From a virus (lineage: Duplodnaviria; Caudoviricetes): 42,816 nt of DNA. The position numbers and the translations under genes are program-made. Every line of letters begins with the position of its first letter. Within the stretch, counting starts at the first letter, position 1. The notes below the pieces were generated by a model, which was given only the letters and a program-made list of their open reading frames with translations, had not been told where the DNA came from and made no database searches. The DNA lies in IMG/VR virus record IMGVR_UViG_3300037462_000205, positions 1-42,816 of that record. The stretch is one strand, 5' to 3'. Below, piece by piece: positions 32,752-41,699 of this stretch.

Positions 32752-35400
32752 TCACTTTCCTTCTTTCGCATCGAGGACCTTATAAATTGTATTCATCTTC
32801 TCGACCGCCCGGACGAGGATTTTCTCGGAGATTGACCCAGGCGCGACGAAAATCTCCGCAGTCACGACATTTTCTTGACCAAACCTATCGAGGCGGGAAA
32901 CGGCCTGTTCGTTCTGTGCCGGGACCCAATCGGGTTCTGCCAAGTAGCACCGTGAAGAAGCCTTTTGCAAACCATCCAAGCCGGTGCCCGCTGCCTGAAT
33001 GTTGCCGATAAACACCCGCACGTTAGGCTTATTTACGAAGTCGTCAACTGCTTTTTGACGTGCATTCATGGACTTTCTTCCGTCGATGCGGACGGTTCCA
33101 AAGCGGGACAATTCGTTCTCAAAAAGGTCGAGGACTTCGATATGCCAGCCGAAGATCACCAGCTTCTCGTCGGAGCCTTCGAGAAAATCCCGAGCGTATT
33201 GCGCGATCTGCGGTGCAAGAGCAACGCCCATGAGCCTTCTGGCCTCAGCGATGTGCCCGAGAATTTCGAAATCCTTTGTCGTCTGGATTTCGTCGAGTGA
33301 AAGCCCAAGCATCCCTTCCACGTCGAGAGCGGATTTTACGGCGCCGTTTTCCTCGCAGCGCACGACTGTATATCGAGGTGGCTTCATGAACGTCAGCACG
33401 TCTTTCTTTTCGTGCCTCGCCATGACGTTCGCTCGCAGCCGGTTCTGCAATTCCGATTCCAGCGACGTGCTTTCCAGCTTGAACCGCTTACCTTCGATCG
33501 TTTTCAGATCCGCCTGACGGTTGTAGCGTTCCTTGAATTTTTCTTCGCTGGCAAAATCAATCGCTTCCCAATCGAAAAATCGAAAAAGGACATAAGCTTC
33601 GCTTGGGCGATTGAGCAAGAGCGTCCCGGTCAAGGCCAAGTGCTCCTTGCAGTAGTGAGCGATGGCCTTCATCTTGATTTCGCCATGGTGATATTCGCCG
33701 CGGTTGTTGCCGATGATCGCGCGCGTGGTCAGTGCGTCGATGTTCTTCATCTTGTGCGCTTCGTCGCAGATCAGCACGTCCCATGTGTATTTCGAGATCG
33801 CCCGGATGATCGCAGGATTGCGTGCCGCGTCATAGCTGATGATCTGGTAGTGAGCGGTCGGGTGAATGCCGTCCTTGACTTTGAGCATCGTGGCGACCTT
33901 GAGCATCGGGATCGTCGACCATTCCTTGATGCGTTCCTCCCACTGGAGCCGCACAGACGCCGGGACGATCACAAGCACCCGCTGCGCTTCCCGTTCGTTG
34001 CAGTAGGCTATGCTGGTCGGCGTGTTGTGAGTGAGCGTATATCCCCGAGTAACGAACAATCCCCGAGGGTCCGCGATTTTGATACATCGCTGAAATTCTT
34101 CTCCGTCTGCGACGATTTCCGAAATTGCAAGTTTGATGTTGGATGGACGCCATTGAGCCGCCTTCCTTTCTAGGTGAAAAGGGCAGAAATTAGTTTTTAC
34201 GTTTACCTGATAATTAATACCTTTACCATCTGACCGCTCGTATTTGCGAACCTTAGCCCACCCGCCGAGCGAGCGCACAAGCTGCGCCACGTCCTCGGCA
34301 AGACGTGCTGATTTCGAGTGGTAGGTTGTCCGGTTTCGGCTGCACGAACCATCGGTGTCCATGAGCCCCGCAAGCAAATCTTGCCTTTGGGTGATCGACC
34401 CCATCAGATAGATTTCAGGAATGAAACGCTCAGGGCTTTTCACATTGAGCCCAAGTGCAGCAATCCGATGATGGAATGCATCGCGCTTGGTAGGGTCAGA
34501 AATTATGTATTGCGGACAATTGGGGTGCCTGTTTTCCCTGAAATGGAATCCATTCGGCAGACATTTCTCCGCGCTCTGCATCACTCCAATGTCTTGGTCA
34601 GGGCATGAAACTGCGATTTTCGTTCCTGTCAATGCGCCGTCACCGATCAAGGCACCGAGCAAATAGGGATGCACCCGAAAAAGTATCGGAGTGTGGTCAA
34701 TCGGTTGAACCAGAGGAACGTAAAATCGGGCGATCTGCCGAGAAACACCATTGCGAGTGCCGCCGCCTACAGTCAGTCCCCAATCCATGATCTGCCGAGT
34801 GGTCAGAACCTCAGTCTTGAAGCCGTGTCCACCGCGCCGCTCAACCTCCCATAGATGTTCTGCATCGCAGCGCACATACCGACCGTCAGAAAATGTAACT
34901 TTCCAGACCTGACTTTTCTGCGGAGAGTATGCGGCTTCGACCTGAACGGGTTTCCCGTCATGTCCGTAAACCCAATCGCCTTCGCGCAATTCCAGATTTT
35001 TGCACCAGCCCGAAGGCGTCAAAATCGGTTCGGAAAGAGGGAGACGCTTACCAAGTCCAGGCTGATCGCCATTGATCCCACCGCCGCGCGCCAGCAAATA
35101 GTCGAGCGTGGCCTTCTGGTAATCCCATAATTCCTTGCCCGCAGGCAGCTTGCGAGTGCCGATCCCGTCGAGAGCGCGCGACTTTTCGATTTGCGCCCGA
35201 TACGGCCCGAGCGTCGGCAGCGCCTCGTCGGCAAGATCCGCAAGCGAATAGGGATTGCTGGTCCAGAGCACGGCTTCGTGACGGCTGCTCGCGCTCGTCG
35301 AGAACGTAAGCCCGCGATAGGCCATCAGATTGGCGATTTCCTTGCGATCCGAAGTCGGCACCCGCAGAATGAAATTCTTGCCGTTTTCTTCGACTTTCAC
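32752..35400 (-). CDS. SNF2-family helicase interrupted by an intein
   Basis: GLGK[intein]T Walker A, DEAH, LTGT, G.GL.GLQ and QA..R..R.GQ motifs. Confidence 0.92.
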   Translation of the reverse strand: MKVEENGKNFILRVPTSDRKEIANLMAYRGLTFSTSASSRHEAVLWTSNPYSLADLADEALPTLGPYRAQIEKSRALDGIGTRKLPAGKELWDYQKATLDYLLARGGGINGDQPGLGKRLPLSEPILTPSGWCKNLELREGDWVYGHDGKPVQVEAAYSPQKSQVWKVTFSDGRYVRCDAEHLWEVERRGGHGFKTEVLTTRQIMDWGLTVGGGTRNGVSRQIARFYVPLVQPIDHTPILFRVHPYLLGALIGDGALTGTKIAVSCPDQDIGVMQSAEKCLPNGFHFRENRHPNCPQYIISDPTKRDAFHHRIAALGLNVKSPERFIPEIYLMGSITQRQDLLAGLMDTDGSCSRNRTTYHSKSARLAEDVAQLVRSLGGWAKVRKYERSDGKGINYQVNVKTNFCPFHLERKAAQWRPSNIKLAISEIVADGEEFQRCIKIADPRGLFVTRGYTLTHNTPTSIAYCNEREAQRVLVIVPASVRLQWEERIKEWSTIPMLKVATMLKVKDGIHPTAHYQIISYDAARNPAIIRAISKYTWDVLICDEAHKMKNIDALTTRAIIGNNRGEYHHGEIKMKAIAHYCKEHLALTGTLLLNRPSEAYVLFRFFDWEAIDFASEEKFKERYNRQADLKTIEGKRFKLESTSLESELQNRLRANVMARHEKKDVLTFMKPPRYTVVRCEENGAVKSALDVEGMLGLSLDEIQTTKDFEILGHIAEARRLMGVALAPQIAQYARDFLEGSDEKLVIFGWHIEVLDLFENELSRFGTVRIDGRKSMNARQKAVDDFVNKPNVRVFIGNIQAAGTGLDGLQKASSRCYLAEPDWVPAQNEQAVSRLDRFGQENVVTAEIFVAPGSISEKILVRAVEKMNTIYKVLDAKEGK
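34024..35046 (-). mobile_element. Intein (341 aa) with LAGLIDADG endonuclease, class-3 type
   Basis: Begins RLPLSEPILTPSGW and ends THN/T. LLGALIGDG and LLAGLMDTDG motifs; HLW, QRCI and LTHN supply the W-C-T triplet. Confidence 0.9.
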
Positions 35401-35891
35401 AAATCATATCCTTTTTGAGGCTTGGCAAGGATTCCAAAACCTTTTTGACTTGCTCGTTCAAGTGCAGAGCAACCTTTTTCACCAATTGCCCAAAACGCAC
35501 TCCCGTTAGACGGAGAAATTCCTCGTTTACCATCAGCACCGATAAATCTGATTTTCTTGGTGAACATGACTAAATCGGTTCGCACCCAACATTCCCAAAA
35601 CCAAGGAGCACTTGTTCTGTCAGTAGTGAGTGCAATTCCGTTACCGTGGCGGAAAAATTTAAGCATCCACGGCAAGACTGCATTTCGACCGCCGTAAGGT
35701 GGATTCATCCAAACAAAACCCGACCAGCTTCGATCTAAAGAATTTTCATAGATGAATTTATCAGAGGGAACGTGGGTCAGGCATTGAGGATGTGCCACAT
35801 CTAAATCAAATCGACAACCGAGCGCATTAAAGACTTCGGGCGGTGTATACCACTCGTCGGTCGCTCCAACACTTTTTTCCCAATGACTCAC
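35397..35891 (-). CDS. Phage N6-adenine DNA methyltransferase (Dam-phage family); ends YDL
   Basis: DEWYTP, FDLDVA and WMNPPY motifs; low GC. Confidence 0.85.
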   Translation of the reverse strand: MSHWEKSVGATDEWYTPPEVFNALGCRFDLDVAHPQCLTHVPSDKFIYENSLDRSWSGFVWMNPPYGGRNAVLPWMLKFFRHGNGIALTTDRTSAPWFWECWVRTDLVMFTKKIRFIGADGKRGISPSNGSAFWAIGEKGCSALERASQKGFGILAKPQKGYDL

Positions 35892-36097
35892 AAATCATAC
35901 TCCAATGCTTCCGCCTGCCCCATGATCGGGAGCGGGCCGATCCAGCCTGCCACGGTGCCAGCGACGGGTTCCTTGATATTCGAGAGCCAGCCGGTTCCAC
36001 CTGCAAGCCAAAAGCGAATGACAGTCGGCACATCGACGCCGTGCATATAGCAGATGTAATGGCCTGTCTCAGTCGGAGTGCCTGTCCGGATAATCAT
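35888..36097 (-). CDS. Hypothetical protein; ends YDL
   Basis: P...G.Y......W....W.......V..W..LP pattern (DUF551-like). Confidence 0.7.
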   Translation of the reverse strand: MIIRTGTPTETGHYICYMHGVDVPTVIRFWLAGGTGWLSNIKEPVAGTVAGWIGPLPIMGQAEALEYDL

Positions 36098-36225
36098 GAC
36101 TGCAACTGCCTTTCAATCATGCGAGCGGTTTTGCGGGAAACAGGCTTGCCCCATACTAGAACCGGATCGTTCCACGGATTTATGAGTGCTCGGCGGATTT
36201 CCTCAAGAAACGCCTGTCTGGATTT

Positions 36226-37509
36226 TCACAGGTCAAATTCCTTCACAGGTCGTAGATCATCGACGATTTCCTTGACGACTTCGCAGAAGCCTTGCGCGGT
36301 TTTCGCGTCGAGCGCGTTTCCGTAGGCGCGCAGTCGTCCCACTCGGCCGGCAATCCCATGAGCCAGCGGGAATGTGAGGGATTCAACGGGCCTCCAGCTT
36401 GGTTCTCCGGCAGGGTTTCGACACAGAAGCCAATCTGCATCGTCGAGCGATCCAGCTTCCCGCGAATTGCGAATGCTTCTTTCTTCATCGGATCGTATTG
36501 CTTGCGTAACTGCCCCGACACCTGATTGTGCGAGTTTTCGCTCGTCGGGGCACTCATCGGCGTCGGCCAACCTGCTAGAGGCACTGCTCCCGGCAGTCTG
36601 TCTGATCCCTGCGATGGTCCCCCGTTCGGACCGTCCTGTTGGCAAGGAGTCGGCCAACCCGATAGCTGCGCACCCTTGGCTTCCCCGCCCAACAGCAATT
36701 CGTTGATTCGATCCCCGCCCCGGCTCGTCGCTCCGCCACCCATCACATTCGGGGTTTGCCATCCCGCCAGTTGCGCTTGCATCTGCACATCGCTGATCGT
36801 GTCGCCCATCTGAATTCCGCGGGCTTGCGCCGACCGTTTGCGCTCCATGAATTTCTCGGCTGTCCCGTTCGCTGGATTGCTCACCGGAGTTCCCCATCCC
36901 GCCAGTTGCGCCGTCACGTCGAGCGTGTCCGTCGAAACTTTCCCGTCCCGCATCCGACCACCGATGTATCCGCCCTTGTGATCCCTGGTCGATGCTGTCG
37001 GCCATCCCGACAAAGTATAAGCGCTGACGGATATGCGCGCCGCCGAAGCCCGCAGCGCACAAATCGCTCGCCCCGAAGGCGTAACCCGCTCCTTCCATGT
37101 CACTCGATACAAGATCAGCCCATCCAAGGCCGTCTTTGCTCGCAACCTGCTCGCCAACGACGACTGGAGGGCGGCACTGGTCAATGAGCCCGAACCAGGT
37201 AGGCCATAGGTGGCGTTCATCTGCAAATCCCTTCTGTTTTCCCGCAGCACTGAACGGCTGGCAGGGGCAAGAGCCGGTCCATATTTCCGGGCCATCATCA
37301 GACCAACCCGCTTGCCTGAGTGCATAGGACCAAACCCCGATCCCTGCGAAAAAATGACACTGTAAAAAACTGGAAATCTCGAACGCTTCCACGTCCTGAA
37401 TTTTCCGCTCGTCTACTTCACCCGGTGCAATATGACCTGCCGCAATCAAATTGCGCAACCATGCGGCGGCGAACGGATCGCATTCGTTATAGTAAGCCCA
37501 TTTTTTCAC
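36226..37509 (-). CDS. C5-cytosine DNA methyltransferase, alpha subunit; ends FDL
   Basis: Motifs FFAGIG (I), PCQPFS (IV), EQV (VI), R.RLYF (VIII) and RLRAYGNA (X). No motif IX in this frame. Confidence 0.88.
   Translation of the reverse strand: MKKWAYYNECDPFAAAWLRNLIAAGHIAPGEVDERKIQDVEAFEISSFLQCHFFAGIGVWSYALRQAGWSDDGPEIWTGSCPCQPFSAAGKQKGFADERHLWPTWFGLIDQCRPPVVVGEQVASKDGLGWADLVSSDMEGAGYAFGASDLCAAGFGGAHIRQRLYFVGMADSIDQGSQGRIHRWSDAGRESFDGHARRDGATGGMGNSGEQSSERDSREIHGAQTVGASPRNSDGRHDQRCADASATGGMANPECDGWRSDEPGRGSNQRIAVGRGSQGCAAIGLADSLPTGRSERGTIAGIRQTAGSSASSRLADADECPDERKLAQSGVGAVTQAIRSDEERSIRNSREAGSLDDADWLLCRNPAGEPSWRPVESLTFPLAHGIAGRVGRLRAYGNALDAKTAQGFCEVVKEIVDDLRPVKEFDL
36243..37220 (-). CDS. Overlapping-frame beta subunit of the C5-methyltransferase; ends YDL
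   Basis: Five GWxT[P/A] repeats and motif IX-like [16 protein letters not shown]; ATG at 37220 follows AAGGGA. Confidence 0.75.
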   Translation of the reverse strand: MNATYGLPGSGSLTSAALQSSLASRLRAKTALDGLILYRVTWKERVTPSGRAICALRASAARISVSAYTLSGWPTASTRDHKGGYIGGRMRDGKVSTDTLDVTAQLAGWGTPVSNPANGTAEKFMERKRSAQARGIQMGDTISDVQMQAQLAGWQTPNVMGGGATSRGGDRINELLLGGEAKGAQLSGWPTPCQQDGPNGGPSQGSDRLPGAVPLAGWPTPMSAPTSENSHNQVSGQLRKQYDPMKKEAFAIRGKLDRSTMQIGFCVETLPENQAGGPLNPSHSRWLMGLPAEWDDCAPTETRSTRKPRKASAKSSRKSSMIYDL

Positions 37510-37991
37510 AGCCGCCCCCTAAATGATGCAATTCGCTCTATCCAAACAAGAAATTCGTCAAAAGTCTGGTTCCTCTTTGCATAGTTACATTGGGTGCAGC
37601 AAGGATAGACATTATTCAGTGAATAATCACCATCACTATCAATTCGATCCAGCCCATTTGAAGGTTGAAGCCCGCAATAGTAACAAGACGAAAGAATGAG
37701 TCTTTGAAATTCTTTACGTTCGATTTCCCATTTTCGACCTCGTGCCTTAGAATTGGCTTTATATTCACTCTCTTTGATCTGTAGCTGTCTAATTTTTGGA
37801 TCAATACGGGGTCGAAATTCCCATGCTCTTTTCATGGAGCATTTAGCACAGCAATCGACCTTTCCCGTCCGCAAATCTGTCTGTCTAGCAATTCGCCTAT
37901 TCCCGCACTCACAGACACATTCAGCGACTGGATGAACGTTCTTCTTGACTGTGAATTCCTTAATCACAGTCAATTTGCCATACTGTTTCAC
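37506..37991 (-). CDS. HNH endonuclease
   Basis: YGKLTVI..C.CECG, CYYCG and LDRIDS...Y...N..PCC..CN..K; low GC. Confidence 0.85.
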   Translation of the reverse strand: MKQYGKLTVIKEFTVKKNVHPVAECVCECGNRRIARQTDLRTGKVDCCAKCSMKRAWEFRPRIDPKIRQLQIKESEYKANSKARGRKWEIERKEFQRLILSSCYYCGLQPSNGLDRIDSDGDYSLNNVYPCCTQCNYAKRNQTFDEFLVWIERIASFRGRL

Positions 37992-38323
37992 AGGTCGAAT
38001 TCCAGAGCCGTGCTCTCGCCTGCGGGCTTGGGCAGGTTCTCACCAAGCCGAGCCGCTGCCCGCATCTGATCGGACAGGCGCGTGAGGATCGCTTCGTAAG
38101 CTTCCGGCCCCCATTCGATCAGCATTTGTCCGATTTCCTCGATCGTCCAGCCGCCGAATTGCGCGGCCGCAATGATCTTGGCCTTGTCGATCTGTTCGGG
38201 AGTGAATTTGCGAATGCCGCCGCTCGACCGCTCCACGGTTCCGAGCAAGCCCTTTTCCTCCCAAAAGCGTATGCCGCGGGCCGTAGTGCATCCGGCTCGC
38301 GCCATTTCCTCAACTGTGTACAC
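37988..38323 (-). CDS. MerR-family HTH regulator; ends FDL
   Basis: YTVEEMAR.G.T..RGIRFWEEKGLL..V.R..GG.R.F; GTG start at 38323. Confidence 0.85.
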   Translation of the reverse strand: MYTVEEMARAGCTTARGIRFWEEKGLLGTVERSSGGIRKFTPEQIDKAKIIAAAQFGGWTIEEIGQMLIEWGPEAYEAILTRLSDQMRAAARLGENLPKPAGESTALEFDL

Positions 38324-38738
38324 GAAATTCCCTTTCCACTTCTGCAAATGGCGCTTTCGCCCAATAGTGAACGCGCTCGACGATGAAATATTTTCGCAGG
38401 ATCTCGCACTGTGCCAGCCGCGGCAATCCTGCATAATCCAATTCAAATTCCAGCCGCCGCGCCGATTTCGGCACCGAAGGCCAGTGGTCCGTATGGCCTA
38501 CGACGATGGCGAGCGCAGGCCACAGGGGCGCCAATTCATCAGCCGTGTAGAACGGGCGAGCGCGCCAGTGAGGTATCCAGGCGAGCACGGCGGAGGCGTT
38601 CGGATCGCGTGGATTGTTTTCGGCCCAAGATTTGACCTGATCCCGCCATTGCTCAATCACCCCGGCACGATTGCCCGTCGCTCGCATGGCTTTGACGATT
38701 GCCCACGTCTCGCCTTTCCAGAATTCACGTCCGCTCAT
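38310..38738 (-). CDS. Hypothetical protein
   Basis: 142-aa ORF with GGAGG SD. Confidence 0.7.
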   Translation of the reverse strand: MSGREFWKGETWAIVKAMRATGNRAGVIEQWRDQVKSWAENNPRDPNASAVLAWIPHWRARPFYTADELAPLWPALAIVVGHTDHWPSVPKSARRLEFELDYAGLPRLAQCEILRKYFIVERVHYWAKAPFAEVEREFRVHS

Positions 38739-38875
38739 GGGTCGGGGTTCCTCCGAAACAGCCGCCAGAACGAGCGGCGGCGCGGGTTTCAGTCAAAGCC
38801 GCGTTGGCATCGTATTCCCCAACCTCTTCGTTCCAATCGATTTCTTCTTCCATCACTCTCTCTCTCTCTCTATCA

Positions 38876-39019
38876 TCAGCCCGCAGGCCAGAGTTGCCAC
38901 GCGGTCAGCGCGATCACCGCCCACATGGACAAGGACAGCGCAAGGCCGTTCAAAAGCCCGCGAAAGAACGGGGCGCTCACCCGCTCGGCAAGTTGCGTCA
39001 GTTTCGCTTTCGTGGTCAT
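38876..39019 (-). CDS. Small membrane protein (47 aa)
   Basis: Read manually: MTTKAKL...GLLNGLALSLSMWAVIALTAWQLWPAG. ATGA overlap with the primase gene. Confidence 0.55.
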   Translation of the reverse strand: MTTKAKLTQLAERVSAPFFRGLLNGLALSLSMWAVIALTAWQLWPAG

Positions 39020-40899
39020 AAATCATACTCCCGCTTAGGTATTGCCCACTTGCCTGGTGCCGGTCGCAAAAAAGTCAGGTCGTCGTTCTTATCCAACTGC
39101 TTTTTCACAACCGCTCGATCAATGCCGTGAGCGCCCGCGATCTCCATTTCGAGAACCGCCGCGCTCGTTTCGCCGCCGAGCCCTGCCAGAACCTTCGTCA
39201 CTTCCTCGACGCTTGCCCATGCGTAACGACTGGCTTGCACCTTATTCGGTGACATGTCGGCAAGGTTCGCTGTGCGCTCCAGCACGATCGAATTGGCAAC
39301 TTCCTTGACCGCAAAATAACCTACTTCGTCCGTTACGTCAGCATCTTTCTGCTTCCGCACCCGCAATTCTGTGCCGCCCTGTTTCAATTTGGTGCTGATT
39401 ACAGTGTCCATGTTGGCATAGAAGGCGCTCGAACCGCGGGCACCCTTCGATTGATCCTTGCCTGTGTGGTGGACTGCGAGCACGAAACATTCATAGTAGC
39501 GGGCAAGCTGCTCCAGAAAGGTCGTCACCATCGTTGCGTCCTTGGCTGAATTTTCGTCCAGACCTGTGAGCAACCGCGTCAATGTGTCGATCACGATCAG
39601 CGACGGCTTGGCATCCAACTCAGCGAGATCAGCCTTCACATTCTCCCAAGCTGCCGTATCGGTATATAGTGGCACCCGATCCTTAATTAGGAACCTGTGG
39701 TCGTTTCGAAACTCAATCCCCTGCCACTCCATCCAGGCAGGCCAGCGTTTCTTGGCTGTCGAAACAGGTCCTTCCCCCGCGAAAAACAACACGTCATTCT
39801 TGACAGGCGGCGCACTCCATTGACCCGGTATCCCGAACGCCAGACACAAGGCCATGTCGAGGGTCAGGAACGACTTGTAGCTACCACTCTCTCCGTAGAT
39901 CATCCCGACGCCTCGCGATGGCAACATATTCGGAATCAGCCACTTCGGGTCGCCAACATTGTCCGCATATTCGTGCAGAAACTTGATCTTGTCGCGCGCC
40001 CGGTCGGCTGGCGGAGACGGCTCGAATTCCTGCCCTGCGAACGCGGCGAAAGCGTCCTCGTTCGCCTGAAACCCCTTAACGCCGCCTTCGGTGTCCTCTC
40101 CATAACTGGCGGCGTTCCTGATGATCTGTTCCAACTCCCATTCGTCCCACGGCGGCGAACAATGCGGGTTCCAGTGCTGCCACAGAAGGTCAAAGCACAT
40201 CGCCGGGGAAATGGCCTTGTCGAGGATCGAGGCGGCAACCTGAAAGGCTGTGTTATTCCCGCCGCGCCCTTCGACTGACACGCGTCCTCCTTCGACATAG
40301 GAGCGAATGAGATCCAGAGCCCACGCAACATTGCGCGGCTGATCCGCATCCGGGTTCTTCTCTAGGCCAAGTGTATCGGTTTTCTTGCGCTCCGGCACAA
40401 TCGCCGCCACGGCCGCAGGCAAGGGCAAAATCTGCCCGCCTGGTAGGGCCTCGTAAGCGCCTTTGTCAGTGCGGGAACCGGGCAACAACACATAGCCGCC
40501 CGAGACAATTTTGCCATCCTTGACAATGCCGCCGCGGGTGTCGATCCCCTCAGCGATGCGCGAAGCCGTGCTAGGGCCTTCGCCCTTGAAATAGACATGG
40601 AGCCCGCCGCGAGGGGTTCGAACCTGAAAGGCTTTGCCGACCGCTTCACGAATCGCGGAATCGCGCTCCAGCAGCTTATGCCACCAATCAAGCCCTTGCG
40701 GATCAATGTCGATCACAAACAGGCCACTAAGTCCGGTCGCTGCCGCCCAATTGAAATCCGGATTGATGCGCTGCCATTCGGCCAGCTTCGCCGGATCATC
40801 GGTCGCCACATGCCACCCGTCCTTGGTCGCGGGCAACTTGCCGAGCGGCACACAAGGAAAGCGCTTGCAACGCCTGAGAATGTCCGGTAACTCTTGCAC
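39016..40899 (-). CDS. Bifunctional primase-polymerase fused to an AAA (RepA-like) helicase; ends YDL
   Basis: N.A.ATG...VIDID, TP.GG.H.YF, D.RG....GYV..PGS; GESGSYKS, IVIDT and VHHTGK...RGSS. Start uncertain (40899 or 40956). Confidence 0.9.
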   Translation of the reverse strand: MQELPDILRRCKRFPCVPLGKLPATKDGWHVATDDPAKLAEWQRINPDFNWAAATGLSGLFVIDIDPQGLDWWHKLLERDSAIREAVGKAFQVRTPRGGLHVYFKGEGPSTASRIAEGIDTRGGIVKDGKIVSGGYVLLPGSRTDKGAYEALPGGQILPLPAAVAAIVPERKKTDTLGLEKNPDADQPRNVAWALDLIRSYVEGGRVSVEGRGGNNTAFQVAASILDKAISPAMCFDLLWQHWNPHCSPPWDEWELEQIIRNAASYGEDTEGGVKGFQANEDAFAAFAGQEFEPSPPADRARDKIKFLHEYADNVGDPKWLIPNMLPSRGVGMIYGESGSYKSFLTLDMALCLAFGIPGQWSAPPVKNDVLFFAGEGPVSTAKKRWPAWMEWQGIEFRNDHRFLIKDRVPLYTDTAAWENVKADLAELDAKPSLIVIDTLTRLLTGLDENSAKDATMVTTFLEQLARYYECFVLAVHHTGKDQSKGARGSSAFYANMDTVISTKLKQGGTELRVRKQKDADVTDEVGYFAVKEVANSIVLERTANLADMSPNKVQASRYAWASVEEVTKVLAGLGGETSAAVLEMEIAGAHGIDRAVVKKQLDKNDDLTFLRPAPGKWAIPKREYDL

Positions 40900-40979
40900 C
40901 CGCTGTCCCTGTCCTGTCAGCGCCAACCGCCAACGAGAGCCCCGGAAGCCCGCCAAGGTTTCCGGGGTTTCTTGTTTAT

Positions 40980-41492
40980 TTACATATCGAAAGGCTCGAA
41001 AGCCTCATGCCGAGCGGCGAGACATAACCCAGCATCAAGGAACATGGCAAGCGAATACCAATCGCCGGGGTGCGACGTGGCTTTGTGAAACGGACGCCGG
41101 AAAGGTTCGAGCGCAACATGGCGCATGAACCGGGCAGAGAAGTTTCGACAGGGGAATTCGGTGTTATACCAGGAAATGAGCACCCATTGCCCGCCGTGCA
41201 GATCATCAATGTCGATCATGGCACCGACGCCATATAGGGAGAAGCGCAGACAGATTGAGGCGCCAGAATAGCCGACAGTGGGCGGGTCGTTTCGCCTCTC
41301 CACAGATGCACCGTGACGCTCCACGATTGCCAGCAGCGCCCGCGCGATGAATTCCCGGTCAGCCTTGCGCTTCGCGTTCTTGGCGTTCAGGTCGTCCCGG
41401 TCGATCACCATAGACGGCTTACCGTCCTTCCCGACAATCGTGAGCGCCAACCGATCCTTGCCGCTTGCAAGGTCACATCCGATGATTTGCAT
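40980..41492 (-). CDS. Hypothetical protein; ends FDM
   Basis: ATG at 41492 (MQIIGCDLASGK). Confidence 0.7.
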   Translation of the reverse strand: MQIIGCDLASGKDRLALTIVGKDGKPSMVIDRDDLNAKNAKRKADREFIARALLAIVERHGASVERRNDPPTVGYSGASICLRFSLYGVGAMIDIDDLHGGQWVLISWYNTEFPCRNFSARFMRHVALEPFRRPFHKATSHPGDWYSLAMFLDAGLCLAARHEAFEPFDM

Positions 41493-41640
41493 CAGCTTTC
41501 CCCTTTGCGAGCGGCGCGATAGTCCATTCACCGTGGCGGACGCTTTCACCGAACCGAACCGCATCCGGTGCAGTTTTGAAGGGTCCGAAAAATTCGAAAC
41601 CGTTGAGCAGATCGCCCACGATCACAATATGCATTCCCAT
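41473..41640 (-). CDS. Small hypothetical protein
   Basis: MGMHIVIVG....GF.F.GPF; AGGGAG SD. Confidence 0.6.
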   Translation of the reverse strand: MGMHIVIVGDLLNGFEFFGPFKTAPDAVRFGESVRHGEWTIAPLAKGKADANHRM

Positions 41641-41699
41641 AGAATTCTCCCTAAAGATCGTATTTTTGCCGCTTGCGAGGTCGCATCCGATCATTTGCA

